This document shows, in pieces, positions 44,272-52,434 of a stretch of 64,000 nt of DNA; position 1 is the stretch's first letter; every line of letters starts with the position of its first letter. The translations under genes were made by a program, and so were the position numbers. The stretch comes from Candidatus Latescibacterota bacterium (GTDB lineage Bacteria; Krumholzibacteriota; Krumholzibacteriia; WVZY01; JAKEHA01), in contig OY970173.1 of NCBI GenBank assembly GCA_963707635.1, positions 1,504,001-1,568,000 on the forward strand, written 5' to 3'. Below the pieces are notes generated by a model. The model searched no databases and was not told the origin of the DNA. It saw nothing but the letters and a program-made list of their open reading frames with translations.

Positions 44272-45192
44272 CTAGAAACGGACGCCGAGCGAGACGCGGT
44301 GGGTGGTCCCGAACGCCTCGGCGTCGTCGAAGCTCGCCGCGTAGTGGAGGGTGACGCGCCCGTCGAACGCGCGGGCGCTGGCTCCGAACGACGGGACGGT
44401 GCGGGTGTCTCCGGCGCGCAGCAGCGCCACGCCCCCGCGCAGCGCCACGTGCGCGAAGAGATAGTCGCTCTCCGCGCCGATCATCGCGCGCGACCACGAC
44501 CCGTAGCTGTGCACCGCGTCCGCTTCGATCGCCACCCGGCGAAGGCTGTGCGTCGCGAGCCCGACCACGTATTCCCGCGCCAGCTGGTAGTCGTGCCCGT
44601 CGTCGTAGCTGTAGCGCGAGAACGCGTCACGCGCGACGAACGCGAGCGCCCAGTTCCTGGACAGGGCCAGGCGCCCCGCGAAATCGATGCTGGAACCGAG
44701 CGCGTCGAAACCAGCCACCCCGCTGGACGACGTGAACACCTGCGCGGCGATTGCGATCGTCACCAGCGGCTCCGGTGTGAGCGCGTAGGCGAGCCGCAGG
44801 TGATTCTCGTGGTACGACTCTCCGCCGACCACGTCCGCGGAGAGGTTGGTGAACATCGCGCCCACGACGTGGGTCGACGTGTTCTCGACGCGCGACGACC
44901 CGAGCGGCATCAGGAACACCGCCTGCGACTCGCCGATCGAAACCCCGGGCACGAGGCTCTGGTAGGAAACCCCCGCCGAACGCGGCGCGCGCGCCAGCCC
45001 GGCGGGGTTCCAGTCGACCGCGCTCTCGTCGTCGATGATCACGACCGCCGCCCCCGCCATCCCCCACGCGCGCGCACCGTAACCGGGCAAGCGGAAGGCG
45101 CCGCCCTCCGACGAGCCCGCGCGGGCCGGCGGCGGGGCCAGCGCCGGAATCGTCGACACCAATGCAACCAACCAGAGGATACGATGCTTCAT
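44272..45192 (-). CDS. PorV/FadL-like outer-membrane barrel
   Basis: Signal peptide; GARAWGMAGA...DDESAVDWNPAGLA; C-terminal HRVSLGVRF. Confidence 0.78.
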   Translation of the reverse strand: MKHRILWLVALVSTIPALAPPPARAGSSEGGAFRLPGYGARAWGMAGAAVVIIDDESAVDWNPAGLARAPRSAGVSYQSLVPGVSIGESQAVFLMPLGSSRVENTSTHVVGAMFTNLSADVVGGESYHENHLRLAYALTPEPLVTIAIAAQVFTSSSGVAGFDALGSSIDFAGRLALSRNWALAFVARDAFSRYSYDDGHDYQLAREYVVGLATHSLRRVAIEADAVHSYGSWSRAMIGAESDYLFAHVALRGGVALLRAGDTRTVPSFGASARAFDGRVTLHYAASFDDAEAFGTTHRVSLGVRF

Positions 45193-46817
45193 CGCGCGTC
45201 CGGGTCGTAGAGAAAGACTTCGCGGACGATTTCCTGCCCGCCGTCCGTGTAGAGCAGCGCCGCGACCGCCACCAGCGGACCCTTCTTGGTCGCCACTCCG
45301 CTGCCGTTGCGACCGTCCCACCGCAGCGAGTAGAACTGCAGCTCGCTGTCATTCTCGATGGTCGCGACCAGATCGCCCCTCACGTCGAAGATCCGCAGCG
45401 TCACCCCGCTGGCGGTGCGGGACGCATTGACCTCGAACGACGCGCCCGGTGTGAAGGGAACCGGGGCGAAAAAGCCGGCGGACTCGTCGAACTGAACCAC
45501 CACCGGGTTGGACGGCGGGCTGGTGTTGAAGGCGCCGTCGCGCAGCACGGCGACAAGCTCGTTGCGGCCGGGCTCCAGCGCCACGTCGACCGTGAACGAG
45601 TTGCTGGCCGCGGTCGACACCGAGTCGACCAGGGTGCCGTTGCGGAACACGCGCACCAGCGCGGCGGAATCGCCGCCGTCGTCCGCTTCGCCGCTTAGCG
45701 GATACGTGCTGGCGTGCCAGCTCCCGTCGAACGGCTCGAGCGACGGCGCGGGGGGCGCGGTCACATCGAAGCGGAAAATGAAGTCGTAGGTCGTCACGCG
45801 CCCCACGCCGTCGACGACCCGGAAGCCGATGGTGTGCGACCCCTCGGTCGCGATCGAATCCGCCAGCGGCACGGCGAAGAAGAGCGTGTCGTCGCGCGTG
45901 TGGGTCGCAAACACGCCGGCGAACGGACGGGTCGCCGCGTAGCGCACGCCGAGGGTGTCCACGCCCTGGCGGTCGAACGTCCAGCCGTGCAGGCTGTCGG
46001 GGACCGCGGACACGCTCGCGCCGTCGGCCAGGCTGGTGGGCTTGATGTGGGGCGCGACGGTGTCGATCGAGAAGTGATAGGTCGACGTGGTGGTGTAGCC
46101 GGCGGCGTCGACCAGCGACAGCGTGACTCGATATTCGCCGTCCGGGAGGGTGGCGACCTCGCCCGTCGCGTCCCAGGCCATCGTGTACGCGCCGTCCGCA
46201 CCGGCGAACGGCGGGCTGGTGGTGAGCGACACCGGGGTCACGACGACATTGCTCGGATTGGCGAATTCACTCTTGAGCTCGTCGGGCGGCCGCCCCACCG
46301 ACACAGGGGAGCTGTCGGTCACCAGAAACGAGATACTGACCGCGGTCGGGCCACTGGCCACCCCCGGCGCGTATGGGTCGGGGACCACACTGAGAACCTG
46401 GACCTGGGGAGGAGTGAGGTCGACGAAAATGGGCAGCGATCGCACGACATCCGGCCCCGACTCGGGCGTCACGCGCAGCGTGACCACGTACGCGCCCTCG
46501 GGGGCGGGCGATCCGTCCCACCGGCGTCCCTTCCAGTACGAGTCGCGCAGCGGCCCCGGCAGGTCGGGGGCCGGCGCGCGCAGCGTGTCGACGGGCGTGG
46601 TGGAGTCCGCCTCGAACACGACCAGGGAAACCGCCAGCGCGGTGTCCGCCAGCACATAGCGCACGCGGGTGGAGTCCTGTTTGGTGTCGCCGTCCGGCGA
46701 GATCACGGTCTCCCGCACTTCGAAGCGCGACACGATCTGCGCGGCGCACGGACGGGCGAGTGGGAGCGCGACCGCCGTCGAGAGCAGCACGATCGGGATG
46801 AAACGGGAATGCGTCAA
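45189..46817 (-). CDS. secreted multi-Ig-domain protein with FlgD-like domains
   Basis: Signal peptide; ISPDGD, W.G...G...P.G.Y, DLTPP/DTVAP/DVTAP Ig linkers; C-terminal LRIFDVRGDLV...WDGRN..G. Confidence 0.78.
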   Translation of the reverse strand: MTHSRFIPIVLLSTAVALPLARPCAAQIVSRFEVRETVISPDGDTKQDSTRVRYVLADTALAVSLVVFEADSTTPVDTLRAPAPDLPGPLRDSYWKGRRWDGSPAPEGAYVVTLRVTPESGPDVVRSLPIFVDLTPPQVQVLSVVPDPYAPGVASGPTAVSISFLVTDSSPVSVGRPPDELKSEFANPSNVVVTPVSLTTSPPFAGADGAYTMAWDATGEVATLPDGEYRVTLSLVDAAGYTTTSTYHFSIDTVAPHIKPTSLADGASVSAVPDSLHGWTFDRQGVDTLGVRYAATRPFAGVFATHTRDDTLFFAVPLADSIATEGSHTIGFRVVDGVGRVTTYDFIFRFDVTAPPAPSLEPFDGSWHASTYPLSGEADDGGDSAALVRVFRNGTLVDSVSTAASNSFTVDVALEPGRNELVAVLRDGAFNTSPPSNPVVVQFDESAGFFAPVPFTPGASFEVNASRTASGVTLRIFDVRGDLVATIENDSELQFYSLRWDGRNGSGVATKKGPLVAVAALLYTDGGQEIVREVFLYDPDAR

Positions 46818-46829
46818 AGAATCGGTCCG

Positions 46830-47035
46830 CTCCGGATAACTACGCGGGGCCTGTCACCGCTGGCGCGGGCCCTGTCGCCGATCCACCCCACGGGGCTTCG
46901 CCCGCGGGTCCTGTCGGCCAACAGCCCACTGCGGGCGAGCCTACCGCGCCTGCGCACTAGTAGTCTCGCCCTTGTGGGCGCCCGTTGGCCGCCACCCGCG
47001 GTTCACACGCCACCGCTTGTGCCCGGCCGGTCCGG
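46830..47035 (-). ncRNA. candidate structured RNA or 5' leader, unidentified
   Basis: Nested complementary arms spanning 46902-47001; mismatches read as G-U pairs only on the minus strand; a TATTAT -10-like box lies at 47041-47046. Confidence 0.45.
46843..46915. repeat. three direct repeats CGCGGGNCCTGTC
   Basis: Copies at 46843-46855, 46864-46876 and 46903-46915 differ only at one position. Confidence 0.85.
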
Positions 47036-47098
47036 ATTCGATAATAGCGCAGCCGCCGCGTTCGATTGCTACACACCTTTGCTTGCACCGCCACGGCG

Positions 47099-47866
47099 TC
47101 ACGCCTGCCCGGATTCCACCAGGCGCAGCAGCGCGGGCAGGGCCTCGCGCGCGCCGGAACGCACGAACACGTCGGCGAGCGGCGTGATCGGTGTCGGCTC
47201 GGGGTTGATCTCGACGACCCGGGCGCCCGCCTCGCGCGCGATTTCCGGAAACCCGGCGGCCGGGTACACCAGGCCCGACGTGCCCACGACCAGCAGGACG
47301 TCGCACGCACCCAGCGCCGCGTACGCGCGGTCCAGGTGCCCGGCGTCGAGCGCTTCGCCGAACCACACGATATCGGGGCGCAGGTAGGAGCCGCACACGC
47401 AGCGGGGTGGCACGTCCTGTGTCTCTTCCGGCGGTGTGGCGGGGTGATCGCGGTCAAAGCACTTGTAGCGGAAAATGTTTCCGTGGAGCTCGATCAGCCG
47501 CGTGGAGCCGGCGAGGGTGTGGAGGTTGTCGATGTTCTGGGTCAGCAGGAGGAAGTCGTCGAACCGCGTCTCCATGCGAGCGAGTGCGATGTGTCCCTCG
47601 TGGGGCCGCGCGAGCGAAATCATCGCGCGCCGGTCCGCGTACCAGCGCCATACCAGGGCCGGGTCGCGCCGAAATCCGCTCCGCGTGGCGAGGTCCTCGG
47701 GAGAGTAGTTCGCCCACAGCGCGTTGGGTGCGTCGCGAAAAGTCGGAATTCCGCTTTCCTTCGACACGCCGGCGCCGGTGGTGGCGACCACCCGCGTCGC
47801 GCCGCGCAGGCATTCGGCGGCGCGCTCGATGCACGCGCCGATGTCGTCGGGGGGTGGCGTGGTCAT
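47099..47866 (-). CDS. cobB: NAD-dependent deacylase (sirtuin, CobB/class III-like)
   Basis: TGAGVSKESGIPTFR, W.WYADR (YxxR), TQNIDNLH, HGN, RPDIVWFGE, GTSGLVYPAA. Confidence 0.92.
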   Translation of the reverse strand: MTTPPPDDIGACIERAAECLRGATRVVATTGAGVSKESGIPTFRDAPNALWANYSPEDLATRSGFRRDPALVWRWYADRRAMISLARPHEGHIALARMETRFDDFLLLTQNIDNLHTLAGSTRLIELHGNIFRYKCFDRDHPATPPEETQDVPPRCVCGSYLRPDIVWFGEALDAGHLDRAYAALGACDVLLVVGTSGLVYPAAGFPEIAREAGARVVEINPEPTPITPLADVFVRSGAREALPALLRLVESGQA

Positions 47867-48759
47867 CCGGTGCCCCTGCGGCTGCCGCGATAGAACGTGG
47901 CCAGCGAGATGCCGGTCAGTATGAATGCCGCCCCGACGGCCACGCGAAGCGAGATCCGTTCCCCGAGGGCGACGTGGCCGAGTAGCACCGCCAGCACGGG
48001 GATGATGAAGGTCTGGTACGACACCAGGGTCACGTCCATGCGCTGGAGCACCCAGAAGAAGAGCGCGAAGGCGGCCACCGAGCCGGCGACGGCGAGGTAG
48101 GCGATGCTGGCCCACGTGGTCGCGTCAAAGGCCAACGGATTGGCGTGCTCGAAAGCGAGCGCGAGGATCGCCGTCACCACAGTTGCGGTCGAGAACGGGA
48201 TCAAGAGCGACGCCACCGCATGGTAACCGTGGCCCCATTTCTTGGTGGCCACCGATCCCACCGCCGACGCCATAACACTGCAAACGACGGCCAGGGTTCC
48301 CAGCGCCTGCTCGCGGCCGATGCGCAGGCTGTCGGAAAAAATGACGCCCACGCCCGCGATCCCCACCGCGATGCCCGCGAGCTTGCGCGCGGTGAGCGGG
48401 CTCGCGAGCGTCAGGCGGGCGAGGATCGCCACGAGGAGCGGAAGGATGGCGTAGATGACGGCCGCGAGGCCGGACGCGATGTGCTGTTCACCGTAGTACA
48501 CCAGTGAGTAAGGGAGCACGACGTGGAAGAGCCCCAGAAACAAGCCCAGGCGAACGAAGCGCTTGTCGCGCGGAAGGGAAACGCCGCGAACGCGGAGGAT
48601 GACGGCCACCAGTAGCGACGCGATCGCCATGCGCACCGCCACGCTCGTCAGCGGCGGGGCCCCCCGCAGCCCCACCTTGATCACCATCCAGGTGGAGCTC
48701 CAGATCAGGCACATGCCGGCGTACGCGGCGGCGACAGGGATGTTAACCCGTGTGCTCAA
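47863..48759 (-). CDS. EamA/DMT family transporter
   Basis: IWSSTW..IKVGL, about 10 TMs, IIPVLAVLLG...LGE; TTG start after GGAGG. Confidence 0.88.
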   Translation of the reverse strand: MSTRVNIPVAAAYAGMCLIWSSTWMVIKVGLRGAPPLTSVAVRMAIASLLVAVILRVRGVSLPRDKRFVRLGLFLGLFHVVLPYSLVYYGEQHIASGLAAVIYAILPLLVAILARLTLASPLTARKLAGIAVGIAGVGVIFSDSLRIGREQALGTLAVVCSVMASAVGSVATKKWGHGYHAVASLLIPFSTATVVTAILALAFEHANPLAFDATTWASIAYLAVAGSVAAFALFFWVLQRMDVTLVSYQTFIIPVLAVLLGHVALGERISLRVAVGAAFILTGISLATFYRGSRRGTG

Positions 48760-48869
48760 GAGTTTTCCTCCCGCCGGGAGCCGGCGGTGCGCGCGCGGCG
48801 CTAAGCTATCCCCGGACCTCTGGTTAGCGGCCGGGGTGCGACCGGCCGGGCGGTTTCGCGGCGGCGATG

Positions 48870-48899
48870 TTGACACCGAGGGTAGCGATGAGATACCAT
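48870..48899 (+). promoter_or_regulatory. sigma-70-type promoter
   Basis: TTGACA, 18-nt spacer, TACCAT. Confidence 0.6.
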
Positions 48900-48967
48900 A
48901 AGCACCAATAAATCAACAGATTTACACGAGAGGTATCGACTCGACCTAACTGGTAACGACTCCCCCG

Positions 48968-50666
48968 TTGAAACGCCCCAATCCTGGACTTCTCGTCGTG
49001 CTCGCGGCGGCGGCGGCGGTGCATTTGGCCGTCGCGATGCTGGATTTCCCGACCCTGGCCCGCAACGGCTTTCTCTACGACGACAGCTTCTACGCGTTTC
49101 AGATCGCGCGCCACATCGCCGCGGGCAACGGCCCCACCTTCGACGGAATCCACCTGACCAACGGCTTCCAGCCGCTCTATGTCGCCATGCTGGTCCCGCT
49201 GTACCTGTTCGCCGGCGGAAGCGAAACCGTTCCCATCCACCTCGCGCTGGCGCTGTCGGCGCTCTTGAGCGTCGGGTCCGCGTACCTGCTCTACCGGCTG
49301 CTGGCGGGCCGCGTCGGGGAAGTCGCCGCTACCATCGCGACCGCGGTGTGGGCGTTCTCTCCCATTGTCGTGCGCCAGAGTGCGAACGGCCTGGAGACGT
49401 CGCTGGCGCTCTTCGCGTTCGCGTGCAGCATCACCTACTACCTGGAACGGATCCGGCCGGTCGCCGCGCCGCCGCGCCGCCGATTCGTCGCGATCGGCGC
49501 GCTGCTGGGAGCGACGATTCTCGCCCGCGTGGACCTGGGGCTGCTGGCGCTCGCCATGTGCCTCGACTACCTGCTCGTGCTGCGCCGGCGGGGTTCACCC
49601 CTGGGCTGGATGGGCGACCTCGCCACCGCCACCGTCACCGGTGCGCTGGTGTGCGCGCCGTGGGTCCTCTATAGCATTTTGAAGGTGGGTACTCTGGTCC
49701 CGGAGAGCGGGCGCGCGACTCGATTCCTCGCCCTCGCGTACGCGCCGTTTTTCGGTCTCGGCGATTCGTCGATGGCGACGACCGGCCCGACCTGGTCGTT
49801 CATGGCCGCGCTCCTCGTCCGCTCGGTCGAATCGTTGCGGGTCGTCCCGCTGCTGCACCCGCTGTTTCGCGGGACCAGCAAGCTCGGGGAACGGGTGGTG
49901 CCCGGAAGCGTCGACGTGCTGACGGGTGCGATCGCCATCGCACTCGCGGCGGCCTTCGTGGTGTGGTGGTGGCGGCGTCGCCGCGTCGCCCCGCAGGCGA
50001 CGCGCGAGTTCGATTTTTTGATCGTGTTTTCGGTGGTGCTGATCGTCACCTATTCGTCGGTGGTGTACGGCGTCTTCTTCTTCCTCCGGTACTACTATCC
50101 AGTGTACTTCGTGGCGATGCTCTTCGCGGGTCTGGCCATCGACGACGCCATCGCGCACGTGCGCTCGCGCCCGGCGCGGGTACGACGCTTCGCGCTGGCC
50201 GCGTGCGGCGTCTACGCGGCCGGGCTCATGTTCATGGGATACACCAGCGCGTTTCGGAGCTCGCCGGTGTACCGGTTCTACGACGCCGCCTGCTGGCTTC
50301 GAACCCACACCGACGCGTCGGAAACCATCGGCGCGTTCCAGAGCGGCGCCATCGGCTACCTGTCACACCGGACCGTGATCGGGCTGGACGGAAAGGTGAA
50401 CGGGGAGGCGTACGCCGCGCTGCGCGGGCACCGGCTCAACGACTACGTCGCCAAAGCGGGCGTCGATTTCGTGATCGACAACATGCCGGTGCTGGATCTG
50501 TTCCTCGGTCCCGTGGTCGGACGCGGAGCGGCAGCGCATCGAGTCGGGCCGCGCGTTCACCGGCCGCGAATACGGCCTCCCCGGCTGGATCGGATACCGG
50601 GTTTCCTCGCCGCACGGCGTGGGAGTCTCCACGACCCCCGCCTCTCGCCCCGCCCAGACCCCCTGA
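48968..50666 (+). CDS. GT-C fold membrane glycosyltransferase-like protein with an apparent +1 frameshift at about 50510
   Basis: YDDSFY..QIAR, TNGFQPL, NGLET, ARVD, SGAIGY, LDGKVN. As sequenced the frame runs to 50800; the shifted frame stops at 50666. Confidence 0.75.
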
Positions 50667-50696
50667 TTTGCAAGTGCGGGCGTTCACCCGCGACAG

Positions 50697-51473
50697 TCAC
50701 GGCTCTTTCTCCAACACGGCGACTAGAGCGACACGGAAATGCCGGAGCGCGTGCGTGGAGTTTACGATTCGTTCGTAGGCGATCCCAAACGGATAGGTAA
50801 GTGGACTGAATCGAAGGTACTCCGGACGGGGTTCCAGGAGTCGTATCTCCCGCACCCGGAACCCCGTTTCCCTGGCCAGGCGACGGATTCTACGCTCGGA
50901 ATTGCAGCGGTAATGGGTCGGGAAGATGTCTGGACTCGTCCTCCGAAAGATGCGGGAAATAATGAAGTCGTGGAGTGCGTGGGGCAGGGCGCGGGACGTC
51001 AGCGTGACGTAGTGACAAAGGTTGGGGGTCTTGATCACGAACCGTCCACGCGGCCTGAGGACGCGCGCGACTTCCCGGAACATGTCCTCCGGGGTCGCCA
51101 GGTGTTCTACGACATTCCACGCGAACGCAAGATCGAACGTGCCGTCGGGGTAGGGGATCCCGTCGGCGCTGCCCAGTCGCGAGTCGTCCAGGTGGGCGTT
51201 CTCAAGGACCCTGGGGTCCACGTCGACCCCACAAACTTTAGCCGCGGAGCCGCGAAACCAGGCGAACTCGTTGCCCCCCCCCCCCGCGCCCACATCCAGC
51301 ACGACGTGCTGCTTCTCGATCAACGACAGAATCATCTCGCGACATACGGCGTCGTCCCATACGAGTTGATAATCGGGGTAACAGGCTCTGTCCAGGGCGC
51401 GAACAATCGACGCCGACACCGAACCGCGCTGCCTGAGTCGATGAGGTGGTGAAGGATCGGTCTTCTGTTCCAT
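50697..51473 (-). CDS. class I SAM-dependent methyltransferase
   Basis: VLDVGAGGG, CGVDVD, IPYPDGTFDL, VVEHL, RVLRPRG.F...TPN. Confidence 0.88.
   Translation of the reverse strand: MEQKTDPSPPHRLRQRGSVSASIVRALDRACYPDYQLVWDDAVCREMILSLIEKQHVVLDVGAGGGGNEFAWFRGSAAKVCGVDVDPRVLENAHLDDSRLGSADGIPYPDGTFDLAFAWNVVEHLATPEDMFREVARVLRPRGRFVIKTPNLCHYVTLTSRALPHALHDFIISRIFRRTSPDIFPTHYRCNSERRIRRLARETGFRVREIRLLEPRPEYLRFSPLTYPFGIAYERIVNSTHALRHFRVALVAVLEKEP
51274..51285 (-). repeat. G12 homopolymer (C12 on +) inside the methyltransferase
   Basis: Plus strand TTG-CCCCCCCCCCCC-GCG. Confidence 0.9.
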
Positions 51474-51485
51474 ACGGTTTCCGGA

Positions 51486-52403
51486 TCAGTCGGCGGTCAG
51501 CACGCGCTCCAGCGCGCCCACGTGGCGCGCCTTCCCCTCGCGCCGCGTCAACACCGGCAGACACCTGGGCACGATGCTAAGGGAAAGCGGCGTTTCCCGG
51601 CGGCCGAGATACTCCCCGTCGATATGGATTGGAAAAGGCTGCTCGGCCGCGATCGTCACACGCGCGCCGCGGTACCACGCGATGCCGGGGCGCCCGAGGT
51701 GCGCGCCGCGCAGCGCCCGCGGGAGGATCGACAGCATCCGGGCGCGCGACATCCGGCGCGCCACGCACACATCGATCAGTCCATCGTCCGGATACGCGCG
51801 CGGGTTCAGGTAGAAGCCGCCCCCGGCGCGCACACCGTTGCCCACCGACACCAGCAGGAAATCCCCCGCGACCGTCACGTCGTCCACCGCGATCGTGAAG
51901 CGGCCGCTCTCGTAGGCGGCGAGCGCCTTGAACACCGCGGTCAGGTACAGCGGGACGCCGCGCAGGTGCCGGATCGCCAGGCTGTGGTAGGTGACGGTCG
52001 CCTCGAAGCCGATGCCGATCGAGTTGGCGCAGTAGCGGCCGCCGCAGTCGATCACGTCCAGGCGCAGGCCAATGCCGTCCTCGAGGACGCGGCGAAGCTC
52101 GTCGGCCGTGCGGGGGCAATCGACCAGCGACGCGAAATCATTGCCCGATCCGGTGGGAATGACGACAATGGGCACCGGGTGCGGCATGAGCCCGTTGACC
52201 ACTTCGCTCACGGTTCCGTCGCCCCCGACGACGCAGACGACGTCCGAGGAGGCCGCGGCCGCTCGCGCGAGGTCGACGGCGTGGCTCGGTCCTTGCGTCC
52301 ACAACAGGTTGACGTCGCCGCGGATGGCTCTCGCGTAACCCTCTACCAGGGCACGCGTTCTTCCGCGGCCGGCGGTTGGATTGGCAATGAAACTTACCCG
52401 CAT
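51486..52403 (-). CDS. diacylglycerol/lipid kinase family protein (YegS/DagK-like)
   Basis: IANPTAG, VGGDGTVSEV.NG, PTGSGNDFA, GIGFEA, DDGLID, HIDGE. Confidence 0.9.
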   Translation of the reverse strand: MRVSFIANPTAGRGRTRALVEGYARAIRGDVNLLWTQGPSHAVDLARAAAASSDVVCVVGGDGTVSEVVNGLMPHPVPIVVIPTGSGNDFASLVDCPRTADELRRVLEDGIGLRLDVIDCGGRYCANSIGIGFEATVTYHSLAIRHLRGVPLYLTAVFKALAAYESGRFTIAVDDVTVAGDFLLVSVGNGVRAGGGFYLNPRAYPDDGLIDVCVARRMSRARMLSILPRALRGAHLGRPGIAWYRGARVTIAAEQPFPIHIDGEYLGRRETPLSLSIVPRCLPVLTRREGKARHVGALERVLTAD

Positions 52404-52434
52404 GTGCACTCGTCGTATCGCGTCGCTGCCGCTT

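Noticed and set aside
46843..46915. Mini CRISPR array
   Set aside because: Repeats are only 13 bp with 8- and 26-bp gaps, and there are no cas genes
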